Part shown: piece by piece, positions 28,217 through 38,200 of the stretch
Layout of the letters: every line of letters starts with the position of its first letter
Numbering within the stretch: the first letter of the stretch is position 1
Notes under the pieces: generated by a model
Told to the model about the DNA's origin: nothing
The model's input: the letters and a program-made list of their open reading frames with translations, nothing else
Database searches by the model: none
Position numbers and translations under genes: made by a program
From: Alphaproteobacteria bacterium
GTDB taxonomy: Bacteria; Pseudomonadota; Alphaproteobacteria; RF32; CAG-239
DNA: 64,000 bases
Direction: 5' to 3'
Assembly (NCBI GenBank): GCA_045603405.1
Contig: JAZUMA010000025.1
Span: forward strand, 7,074-71,073

Positions 28217-29641
28217 TTATCGCGTTTTTCTAACACCCGATTGATAGGCTAAATTCTCTTTTTCTATTTGTTGTAAAGCCGGCTCTAAATATCTGGCAAA
28301 ATAAGCCTTTCTTGGATCAAGCTGTTGTTTAGGATCATATGCGACAAAGACCTCTTTACCGACACGTTCTTCATTTGCTTGATGAACACCCATAACTCTT
28401 CCTTCATCTTTGTCTAAACTAAGGGCTGTCAATAGCGCATCTTTCCCTTGACAATAAATATCTGGCTTATGACCCTTAACTTCAATATTTTCTCCTTCTC
28501 TATCCCAATATGTTAATTTGGTAACACCAACACGCATCATATACCCACACGGCATCGTAAAACTACCTTGAGTATATTGTTGCATACCGGCAGTATTTTC
28601 TCCGATATATCGTACTCTGGGATGATGATAAAAAGATGTATAGGCACTCTCTGCAGAAGATCCGACTTTTCTATCTAGTAAAATATCAATTCTTCCATGA
28701 TACCCTATTTCTTCATTAAAAGGATAGAAAGTTTTCGTTTCATCAAACAACACCTTATTATTACCTGAAAAAAAATGTCTTTGTAATAAATCTTTTTCTG
28801 AAAATCCGTCTCTTTCATAATTTTTAGGACGATACGCGCCATGACAATGCAAAAAAGCATTAGAAATTTCAGTATCTTTTATTTCACAACGTTTATATGT
28901 ATTAATCAAATTACCATAAAGACGTTTTGCCACATGGTCAATCGGCTTATCTTCACCGCCACCATTTCCGCGTACATCCAATATAATACGCCCTTTATCC
29001 AATTTTTCCTTATTATCAAAATAAATTTTATCAAAAGCTTCAATAAATTTAGCAGAAGTTTGATACTCATTTGTATTTGGTAAATTAGGAATGGAAACAA
29101 TCAGCACATCTTCACCTTGCCGTGTCTGTGCCGCACAGATTCGCCACAACGGATATTCTTTACCTTCAGAAGTTATTCCATATTCCTCATCAATCAATTT
29201 TAATTTAAATTTTTCTATTTTTTCCGCTTTATAGTAACCGATATTTTGGCCAACACTTGCATCTTCTTTAGGTTTACTGCCTGAAAAAAATTTTGAACCG
29301 AAAGCTATCATAAAATGTCTATCTTCAATAAATGGAGCAGTTTTTTCAACCAATTTTTGCATGAAATCACTTTGTTTACAAACACCTGAAATTTCATTAT
29401 ATACCTGTACTAAATTATTTTTAAAAGCTGTTTTATTTTCTTCCGAAAAGCAATCCCAACCAACATGTTCTACAGTTGCCCTTGCATAAAAAGCCAAATT
29501 TTTTCTTTGTTCATCAGGACTCATAAGATGGTTATCTAAATCAGGTCTGTTTTTCCCCATAGTATCAAGAGAAACACCAGGATATTGTTTTACCATATCC
29601 GCTGTTGTAACTAACCTCAATACATCTTCAAATTCAGTCAT
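28217..29641 (-). CDS. S41-family (C-terminal processing/tail-specific type) peptidase-like protein
   Basis: ILDVRGNGGGE and DRKVGSSAESAYTSF match the S41 DLRxNxGG and G-S-x-S-A-S-E motifs. Start set at the ATG at 29641, which has GGAG 8 nt upstream. The longer track ORF would overlap the divergent gene. Confidence 0.6.
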   Translation of the reverse strand: MTEFEDVLRLVTTADMVKQYPGVSLDTMGKNRPDLDNHLMSPDEQRKNLAFYARATVEHVGWDCFSEENKTAFKNNLVQVYNEISGVCKQSDFMQKLVEKTAPFIEDRHFMIAFGSKFFSGSKPKEDASVGQNIGYYKAEKIEKFKLKLIDEEYGITSEGKEYPLWRICAAQTRQGEDVLIVSIPNLPNTNEYQTSAKFIEAFDKIYFDNKEKLDKGRIILDVRGNGGGEDKPIDHVAKRLYGNLINTYKRCEIKDTEISNAFLHCHGAYRPKNYERDGFSEKDLLQRHFFSGNNKVLFDETKTFYPFNEEIGYHGRIDILLDRKVGSSAESAYTSFYHHPRVRYIGENTAGMQQYTQGSFTMPCGYMMRVGVTKLTYWDREGENIEVKGHKPDIYCQGKDALLTALSLDKDEGRVMGVHQANEERVGKEVFVAYDPKQQLDPRKAYFARYLEPALQQIEKENLAYQSGVRKTR

Positions 29642-29738
29642 AATACTATCTCCGCGACCTATACATAATAATACCATATTAATGACTGCTTTGTCAACAG
29701 ATAACAAATTGCCCGCTAAACCTTCAAAATGAATATTT

Positions 29739-30629
29739 TTGACATACATAAACCCTATGTGGATTTTATTAAGTTTGATATATGCTATAACCAACGCATT
29801 TTATATTTCCTATAATGATAAGCATCATTATAACGGCTATATCTTAGGAATATGGCGTGGTTTTGGTGTAAGCTTTTGTACCGCCCCTCTTCTGTTTTTT
29901 ACGCCATTACATTTACCATTATCTTATTTACTAATCTTAACAATTCAAGGTATTTTAATCGGCATCTATGACAGTCATTTATTTTTTGCTTCCGCACGTT
30001 ACGGCAGTCATGCCTGTTCCGGCTTTATGACTACTTGTGTCTTAATAACCGCTTTTTTATGGTGGGGAATTGAACCAAACGAATTTAAGCTACTTTTACA
30101 AAAGTCACGCTATTTTATGCTTTTAATGTTCATTTTATGTGCCTATAGCATAAGTTATTGGCAAATGATGAAAACACATTTAAATAAGCGAGCTGAATTA
30201 TATCTCTATCCAGCCACTTTTGCTTTATCTTTCATGAGTATTGCCACACGTTATATTGCTATCCATGGTGGCAGTATGTTTGCTGGTATCATATACTATT
30301 TGACTATATCATGTTTTGTCAGTGGTATCTACAATAGCCTTGCCTATTTCAAAACCTTCAGAACAATTAAAACAAACAAAAATATAAAGTTAAAACAAGG
30401 TATTTGGTTAATTTCATTAAGTGCAACATTAATATCTGCCAAGACAGCCGCTATGCGCTTATGCGAAAATCCGGCTTATGTAATTGCCGTTCTTTTAATC
30501 TCTCCTCTTATTACAGAATTATTGGAAACACATAAGCTAAACTTGTCGCCGATGAAAATAGCAAACCTATGCTTACTGATTTTTTTATTGATATCAGTAA
30601 ACTTCAAAAACGAAATATTTTCTTATTAA
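29739..30629 (+). CDS. polytopic membrane protein (about 10 TM, DMT/EamA-like topology)
   Basis: 296 aa, hydrophobic throughout, with two-fold internal symmetry of 5+5 helices. Family assignment is tentative. Confidence 0.45.
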   Translation: MTYINPMWILLSLIYAITNAFYISYNDKHHYNGYILGIWRGFGVSFCTAPLLFFTPLHLPLSYLLILTIQGILIGIYDSHLFFASARYGSHACSGFMTTCVLITAFLWWGIEPNEFKLLLQKSRYFMLLMFILCAYSISYWQMMKTHLNKRAELYLYPATFALSFMSIATRYIAIHGGSMFAGIIYYLTISCFVSGIYNSLAYFKTFRTIKTNKNIKLKQGIWLISLSATLISAKTAAMRLCENPAYVIAVLLISPLITELLETHKLNLSPMKIANLCLLIFLLISVNFKNEIFSY

Positions 30630-30636
30630 CAAAGAA

Positions 30637-31758
30637 CTATTCAAAAAGCTTAGACCAAAACCCTTTTTCTTCGATACTGGCCTCATCTTCAAATTTCTTC
30701 AAACATTCTTTTTGTTCAGCCGTCAATTTTGTAGGAATAACCACCTTAAATTGCACATATAAATCCCCTCTTTTATCAGAATTCATATAGCGCATACCTT
30801 TCCCTTTTAAACGCAAACGATCATTTGGCTGTGTACCGGACTTAATATCAACCGTAAGTTCTTCACCATCAATTCCTTTGAGTTTAAACTGCCCGCCAAG
30901 CGCTGCTTTGGTCATAGATATAGGCTGCTCCACAAACAAATCAACCCCATCTCTGGCAAAAACCTTATGTGGCTTAACTGTAATAAATACATAAAGATCA
31001 CCTTTACGACCACCGTTTTTACCAACTTCACCCTCTCCTGTTACCCGCATTCGTGTACCATTTTCGATACCGGCCGGAATTTTTATCTTCAAAGCTTTTT
31101 CAATTTTTTCTTTACCGCTGCCTTTACATTTTTTGCATTTATCTAAAACGACACGCCCTGCGCCACGACACTGTGGACAAGTTGTTTCAAACACAAAAAA
31201 TCCCCCTTGTTGCGTACGAACTTTTCCGCTACCGCCACAAGTTGCACACACCGGAGGCTCTTTACCATCTGCTGTTCCGTGACCATGACAAGTTTCACAC
31301 TCTTTGGATGTTGTAATAGTAATTTCTTTTTCTAAACCGGCAAAAGCTTCTTCTAAAGAAAGAGCAATATCATAGCGAATATCATCACCGCGCTCAGCAT
31401 AAGAACGTTGTCTGTTTCGTCCCTGTCCCGTAAACTCTGAAAAAATGTCAGAAAAGACATCTGCAAAACCGGAACCGGTAAAATCAAACCCGTTAAAAGG
31501 ATTACCGCCGGCACCGCCCCCCATACCGTTAGCAAATGCCTGATGCCCGTATCGGTCATATGCCGCACGCTTCTGATCATCTTTTAAAACTTCATAAGCT
31601 TCATTTATATCCTTAAATTTAGCTTCGGCATTTTTATCACCAGGATTTCTATCCGGATGATATTGCATTGCCATCTTCCGATAAGCTTTTTTAATTTCAT
31701 CGGCTGAAGCTGTTTTATTAACCCCTAATATACTGTAATAATCTTCTGTCGTACTCAT
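30637..31758 (-). CDS. dnaJ: molecular chaperone DnaJ
   Basis: 373 aa. J-domain (DYYSILGV...YHPDRNPGD), G/F region, four CxxCxGxG zinc-finger repeats ([32 protein letters not shown]). Confidence 0.97.
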   Translation of the reverse strand: MSTTEDYYSILGVNKTASADEIKKAYRKMAMQYHPDRNPGDKNAEAKFKDINEAYEVLKDDQKRAAYDRYGHQAFANGMGGGAGGNPFNGFDFTGSGFADVFSDIFSEFTGQGRNRQRSYAERGDDIRYDIALSLEEAFAGLEKEITITTSKECETCHGHGTADGKEPPVCATCGGSGKVRTQQGGFFVFETTCPQCRGAGRVVLDKCKKCKGSGKEKIEKALKIKIPAGIENGTRMRVTGEGEVGKNGGRKGDLYVFITVKPHKVFARDGVDLFVEQPISMTKAALGGQFKLKGIDGEELTVDIKSGTQPNDRLRLKGKGMRYMNSDKRGDLYVQFKVVIPTKLTAEQKECLKKFEDEASIEEKGFWSKLFE

Positions 31759-31791
31759 TTTACTAATCTTTTTATCATTTAATCTTAGATT

Positions 31792-31821
31792 TATTTAGGA
31801 ACAAATCTTTTATTTCGCAAG
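31792..31821 (-). promoter_or_regulatory. candidate sigma32 (RpoH)-like heat-shock promoter for dnaJ
   Basis: Minus strand: CTTGCGA, 14-nt spacer, TCCTAAATA (compare CTTGAAA-N13-17-CCCCATNTA), about 34 nt before the dnaJ ATG. Partial match only. Confidence 0.3.
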
Positions 31822-31864
31822 TCCTTTCCCCACATTTGAACAATTATTATTAATTTTTTTTTTT

Positions 31865-31907
31865 ACAAAAAAATGAGTCCCCGAATTAGAATTATAAGGG
31901 ACTCATT
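31865..31907 (-). terminator. rho-independent terminator after hydE
   Basis: Minus strand: AATGAGTCCC, 16-nt loop, GGGACTCATT, followed by TTTTTT. An 11-nt homopolymer A run (minus strand) follows. Confidence 0.6.
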
Positions 31908-31910
31908 AAA

Positions 31911-32885
31911 TTAAATATTAAAACTCACACTTCTTTTTTGTTTGTGAAGCCAATCAATAACAGAGTTTGAGCAATTTCCGTTTTTGCCTGCTCCAAACAA
32001 ATCAAAGCGTTCTACTACATCTTTTGGAGTCACTTTACACATAACGACATTTGCCATTGTCTCTAAAGCAAATTTACAACCGTTCTTAGCTTCATCAATA
32101 GCATCCAATGCCGTCGTAGCTATAATACCGCTTTGTGGGAAAAGCAGACGTGCAACCGCCATTGTGCGTAAAGCTAAATCCAACGTACCGCCTTTTTCAT
32201 TGGCAAATGGTGTCTCTTTATGCGGAATAAATTGTCCGATACCAATCATATCCACATCCATTTGTCTGAGATACACCAAATCATGTGCAATGGATTGCAA
32301 ATTCTGCCCTGGCAAACCGACCATGATACCGGAAACGATTTTATAACCAATTTTCTTAAGATCACGCAAACATTGGTCGCGACGTTCCCAGCTCTTTTGA
32401 GGATTAATCTGGTTATACAAATCTTTATCAGACGTTTCTATCCTCAATAAATAGCCACTAGCACCTGCTTTATAGTATGCTTCATACTCCTGATATGATT
32501 TCTCACCACAACTTAGGATAATATTCATTCCAAGCTTTTTTACGCTACGAATAATATCACATAAAACATTTTGGCTAAAAGACGCATCTTCACCTGATTG
32601 CATCACCAGCCACTTAAAGCCGGCGTTTTTCGCATTTTGTGCGGCAGATAGAATCTCCTCTTTAGTCAATCGATATCGAGACAATTTGTTGTTGTATGTA
32701 CTAAGACCGCAATACTTACAACTGCAACGACAATAATTACTAAACTCCAGTAAAGCCAAAGCTCTGACAGTGTCTTTTACAAACCCCTGACGAGATTCTT
32801 TTGCTAAGGTGTATAAAATTGACTGATCCATTGTCAACAGATTAAGAATCTGTTCCTCACTCAATTTGGGAATTTTTGTTTTCAT
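31911..32885 (-). CDS. hydE: [FeFe]-hydrogenase maturase HydE (radical SAM)
   Basis: Radical-SAM CX3CX2C (FSNYCRCSCKYCGL). QSGED, LLRIETSD, GIMVGLPGQ and IGIGQFIPHKETPF run colinear with Thermotoga HydE as I recall it. About 325 aa, matching HydE rather than HydG size. Start placed at the internal ATG 32885; the track ORF starts at a GTG at 32936. Neither has a good RBS. Confidence 0.82.
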   Translation of the reverse strand: MKTKIPKLSEEQILNLLTMDQSILYTLAKESRQGFVKDTVRALALLEFSNYCRCSCKYCGLSTYNNKLSRYRLTKEEILSAAQNAKNAGFKWLVMQSGEDASFSQNVLCDIIRSVKKLGMNIILSCGEKSYQEYEAYYKAGASGYLLRIETSDKDLYNQINPQKSWERRDQCLRDLKKIGYKIVSGIMVGLPGQNLQSIAHDLVYLRQMDVDMIGIGQFIPHKETPFANEKGGTLDLALRTMAVARLLFPQSGIIATTALDAIDEAKNGCKFALETMANVVMCKVTPKDVVERFDLFGAGKNGNCSNSVIDWLHKQKRSVSFNI

Positions 32886-33020
32886 ACAATAATTTTTTAA
32901 ATTAATAATTAGGTTATTTTGTCCAAAATATAACACCTATTTATTTTAAATGCAACACATTTGTGCCTTCATCTTCAAAAATCAAAAGTAACAAAAGAAG
33001 CAAAACCTTTTGCTCGCAGA

Positions 33021-35048
33021 TTATAAAGCACCTGTTTTCAATAATCTGTAATATTTATAAACCGCACCATCAGCTACATCCCAACTAAAATCCTTTTTCA
33101 TTGCATTTATTTTCATAGCTTCAATAATTTGTGGATTTTTATAAAAGCAATACAACGCTTTATATAATGTTTCGGCATATGCCACCTTATTATCTTTTAT
33201 CTTCTTTGATTTACCATTTGTTGTATCATAAATTTTTATTCCCTGCGCAAAGAAAACCTCTGTTCTAAACCCATCCACCCCATTTTCAATTGTATCAACT
33301 AATCCGCCTGTTGACGTTGCAATAGGAAGCGCCCCTTTAGCCATAGCTTCCATTTGCGTTAGGCCACATGGTTCAAAACGAGATGGCATCAAATAAAAAT
33401 CAGTTGCTAATTGTATTGCATAAGCAAATTCATCTTTATATCCTCTAAAAACAAAAATTCTTTTAGCTGCTTTATAACTGATTTTCTCAACTTTTTTCTT
33501 AAATTCTTTCAACATATCGTAAAGTTTTAAATCACCGGCACCACCCAACATTACAATCGGAAACTCTAATTTTTTCTCTTTTATCTTAACCAATACCTTA
33601 AGCAAAGCTTCACAAGCAATATCATATCCTTTTTGTTTAACCAAGCGGCTTGTTGCACACATAAAAGGAATCTCATTAACCGAATCTATTAAATCCGAAA
33701 CGTCATTAAACTTATAAATATCAAGCAAGGGTATATGCTCTTTTCTATATTGTTCATCTGCTGCTATTAAAGATAAGAGTTTTAAGCATTCTTTTTTATT
33801 ATACAATTTCTCATTAATACTATTTTCATCATATATTTTAAACTCAAAATCATTAAAATAATCATTTAAGTGTTTAATTTTAATTTCATTTGGTGATATA
33901 AGCTTTTTTTCATAACCATTAACTATACCGAAAAAAGTATGATTATCTTTTCTTATTTTCAATAAATCGCGAAAGTCGAAACCGAAACAAAGCTGAGTTG
34001 ATACTTCTTCCATATAATTTTCTGAAACAGCAACAACTCTATCCGCTAAATGGAGATTAGATGAAACCTGATTATAGCAATCATAAACGATTAATGTATT
34101 ATTTGTTCTGATATTATTGTTTTTTATCGGTTTTGCATTTTCCAAAATATTTTGCGCATTATCTTCATAAAGAGCATTTAAAAGACGCACAGTATTAGGA
34201 TAATCCCACCCCTGATATCCTAAATGATGCGCAATATGAATAATCGGAATCTGAGCAATTTGACAAGCAATTTCTGCAAACAATATATCTTTTTCTGCCT
34301 TTAAAGGTGTGAAATACTTACACAAACCTCCCAAAGCACCGGTATGCCAATCGTTTGCCATTAAAATGTTCGGGGCTTTAATTTCCTTAATTTTTCCTGA
34401 AAAAATTGCACAAAGCAATGTCCATATAGCCTTAGAAAAAAAGGCGAATCTTTCGACTTCATTAACATAATATTGGTTCAGAACATAACAGGCATCTTGC
34501 AGAGAGACATTTTCTTTTGCCGGAGTAATAGAAAAAAAACGTTCATTTCTTAAAAATATATAGGATACATTATTAAAAGTTCCTTGATAAACTTCAACCG
34601 GATAAGTCACTAAATTATTATCAAAATCAGAAAAGCAAACATCCAAATCTATCAAATGTGACACTTGAATTTGTTTATTTTCAGCCCCAAAATAACAATC
34701 ACCTTCTAACTTAGCACTTTTTTTTCCGGTGTTTCCCTCATACATAGGCGTTATAATTGAAATCTCATGATAATCAGACTTAAATATTTTATTAAAATTC
34801 TCGGAAAGTTCTGAGGCGACCATACCAAGTCCGCCCCATTTCATAAACGTTGCTGTCTCAACTGATAACATCCATGCACTAATTTTATCAATCTGCGGCC
34901 ATTTTTTTAATCCGAGACACTCAAAATCAGCAACTTTCTGCAAAGAAGCCATATCAGGAGCATTAAATTTAGATAATGATAATAATTGCCTTTTCTGATT
35001 AAATCCTTGATTCAGTAACCCGTTAAATTTTGCATCTGTCTTTGCCAA
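33021..35048 (-). CDS. glgA: glycogen/starch synthase-like GT5 glycosyltransferase, unusually long
   Basis: K-x-G-G-L motif variant FMKWGGLGMVASEL. C-terminal PSRFEPCGLTQMEAMAKGALPIATSTGGLVDTI. The track ORF starts at a TTG (RBS GGAAAAAGG). An ATG at 34871 would give the canonical short N-terminus. Confidence 0.8.
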   Translation of the reverse strand: MAKTDAKFNGLLNQGFNQKRQLLSLSKFNAPDMASLQKVADFECLGLKKWPQIDKISAWMLSVETATFMKWGGLGMVASELSENFNKIFKSDYHEISIITPMYEGNTGKKSAKLEGDCYFGAENKQIQVSHLIDLDVCFSDFDNNLVTYPVEVYQGTFNNVSYIFLRNERFFSITPAKENVSLQDACYVLNQYYVNEVERFAFFSKAIWTLLCAIFSGKIKEIKAPNILMANDWHTGALGGLCKYFTPLKAEKDILFAEIACQIAQIPIIHIAHHLGYQGWDYPNTVRLLNALYEDNAQNILENAKPIKNNNIRTNNTLIVYDCYNQVSSNLHLADRVVAVSENYMEEVSTQLCFGFDFRDLLKIRKDNHTFFGIVNGYEKKLISPNEIKIKHLNDYFNDFEFKIYDENSINEKLYNKKECLKLLSLIAADEQYRKEHIPLLDIYKFNDVSDLIDSVNEIPFMCATSRLVKQKGYDIACEALLKVLVKIKEKKLEFPIVMLGGAGDLKLYDMLKEFKKKVEKISYKAAKRIFVFRGYKDEFAYAIQLATDFYLMPSRFEPCGLTQMEAMAKGALPIATSTGGLVDTIENGVDGFRTEVFFAQGIKIYDTTNGKSKKIKDNKVAYAETLYKALYCFYKNPQIIEAMKINAMKKDFSWDVADGAVYKYYRLLKTGAL

Positions 35049-35231
35049 AACCTTTTTCCTTATTATTTATATACATTATTATACATAATATCTCATAAAA
35101 TAACAAGTAAAAAAACACCACTTCATACTATTATTTTGCAATAGTGTATAATCTGCAACATAATAAACTATATATAAGGTATATACCTAAAAATAATAGC
35201 TTAACACCATTTTTTAATTCCATTCACAAAA

Positions 35232-38200
35232 TTAAAAACGAACTTTCAATTCAAGCATACCTGCATGAGAGCGATAATTTCCCCTATACTGTCCTATATA
35301 ATGCATACTTAAATCAACATCGTCTGTAAAGCTTGCTTTCGCCCCAACTTTTGTCTCTATAAAGAAACGATCTAACTGATTACCATGAATTCTATAATCT
35401 GCTCCATTTGCAAGAATAACAAAGGCATTATCTCGATCTGAAATCAAATCATATCCGGCACCTATATACGCTTCAGGACGAATCTTCGCTGCTCGTGTCA
35501 ATTTATTTTCTGCTAACTCATATTCTTTAGATACTTTAACCCCGGCAACCGCTGTCAACACATCCATATCATGAGAGGAAACATGTTGCCGTGCTTTATC
35601 TTTATAACTCTTACGATCAATATAATGATATTTTAATCCGGCTTCCGGTACCATAATCATATTATTATCCAATTTATATTCGTAACCTGTTTTAATTTCT
35701 GTATACACATCATCAACATTATATTTAGCACCAAAACGCTGTTCCATGGCATATTTACTTTCTTCATATGTTGCTTTACTATATCCTGATAATCCGTTGA
35801 TATACCAATTATTTTGTTTATATTGAGTATAAGCAAATAAACTATGTGTATGAACTTTATCACGTCGATTATGTGCTTTAGCTTTTGTTGTATCAGCGCC
35901 GTAACCTAATCCGATTAAAAGTTGATTATCAAATCTTTTATCAATACCTAATACTGCCCCTTGACGATTAATATCAAAACCTGATACAAAACCTTCCGCA
36001 TCTAATCTAGAGCGTCCGGCATAAGTTTTTACCCAAACAGACGCATCTATTGCACGCCATTCGTCACCTGATGCCAAACCTTGCAATACTTGTTCTTCTT
36101 CACGATTATATAAGTGATTCATCAACATATCCGAAAGATAGCGATCATGTTCAACTGTAAGAGTTTTAACAATCGGCGCAGCTGTTGGTACAATCGAACG
36201 CAAAGCCTTAACAAAACCTTTTGCATTATCCTGAGCCAATTTTGCCAAACCATCAGCAATATCTTGAGCTTTTTCATCTGCAAATGGTTTCTCATCCACC
36301 CATGCCTCTGCAGCTTTTACAATATCATCTTCTGCACCGGCATCTTTCGCAACATCTTTAGCTGTCTTGATTAAGCTGATTTTATAAGCGCCATCATTGC
36401 CTTCTTTTTCGAACTTATACATATTATTTTCAAATTCGTCATAACTATCACTAAAATTATTAAAATTATGATTATTCGCACTTAATAACTGTACAATACT
36501 TGGTCTTCCGACAGAAGCTAACCCCTGTCCTAAAGACGCATGTAACTTAGCTCCTTTTTCAATAGTAATCTTTTCTGCTGTAATCGTTCCAAAATCTGTC
36601 AGACTTTTAATATCAAGAGATAATTCTGCATCTTTTCCAAAAATAACTTCCTTAACTCTTATAGCCATCGTCTCCACAGCTAACTTAACTGCCTTTCCTG
36701 TCTTTGCTATATTAAGTTTAACATTCTCACCCAATGTATTTTCATCTGCAATACGAATATTTCCTTCATTTAGATTAACAGTATTCTCCCCATTAATATT
36801 CCCTGCCAACTCCATAGAACTATTAACATTGATTTTACCGCCACCTGAAATATTATTATCTATCCTATCACCAACAACATTAAAGATACCGTCATTGACA
36901 ATATTATCTGTCTTTTCAAGATATTCTACATCAGTTGAAAATTGCGCATTTCTTTGAATAGATATTTTATCCTGTGCAATAACCGCTTCATTTTCAACTC
37001 CTCCGGCAACAATCAACTCTCCTTTACCACCTATGTCATTAGTATTTTTTCCTGTACCGATAAGCTCAAACACACCATCATTTGCAATTCCCAAATCTGC
37101 AACAACATTGTTCACGTCTGAAGTTAATTTACTATTTTCAGCTATTTCAACTTCAGCTTGTTTAATTTCAGCATCATTGGTTACCTCACCATCAATAACT
37201 GTTTTTCCCTCATCACCGAAGATATTACTTTTTAACACACCATCCCCGAGATTAATTCGTCCGTCGTTATTAACACCATTTGCAACCTCTAAACAATCTG
37301 CAGCAACATTAACCTCTCCTTTACTGATATTCATATTATCTGCTATTATACTATCATTAAAATTAACCGTACCATTATAAACATTAAATTCACCTTGGTT
37401 CACAGCATTATTAAAATTAACCGTACCGATCGTTGCCCCTATAATATTAACAACTTCTTCAACCTTATTTTCTGTTTCATCGTAAACATGTGTAATATAA
37501 GTCACATCATCTTTATTAACATTCATCACACCTTCATGCCCATCAACAGCACCGTCAAATGTTATTTCTTTTCCGTTATTAGCATTTAGATTAACCACGC
37601 CGTCATTAAAAATATCGTTATTTTCGCCATTGAAAACACTTACTTTTTTCGTTTCTTCATTTCTTTCATAATTAACACCGATTTTATTACCTGTAAATCT
37701 TACATTTTCCTCATCTGCTACAATATTTGCTGTTCCTCTGTTAAAGATTGCCCCACCGGCTGTCGTTGCCGCATTATCTATAAAATCAGCATCTGCCACA
37801 GTTATTGCTGCGCCTGTATCGTTATATATAGCTCCTCCCAAACCTTCTCCTGTATCAGCTAATGCATAATTTCGTTCAAAATTACCTTCAACATACCCAA
37901 TATTAGCATCTGTATTATTAGCGATAGCCCCTCCAAAACCACTTTCTTTACCTAGAGCATAGTTATCCATAAAGTCAGCCTTAATACGATCCACACCATA
38001 AGATTCCTCTGCATCGACATAATTATTAGAGATAGCACCGCCGTTTGCCGAACCTTGTGAATGATAAGCAAAATTATCTACAAAACCTCGAGTTTCTGTC
38101 TTTTCAGATAAGTTTCCAACATATTCATAATTTATAATAGCTCCACCGCGTGCTAAATCCACACCATCACTCTCAACATAATTTTTAATAAAATCAGCCG

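Noticed and set aside
35171-35182. 12-nt perfect palindrome aggtatatacct between the autotransporter and the glgA-like gene, as a possible operator
   Set aside because: Short AT-rich palindromes are frequent in this composition, and there is no second copy or adjacent regulator gene.
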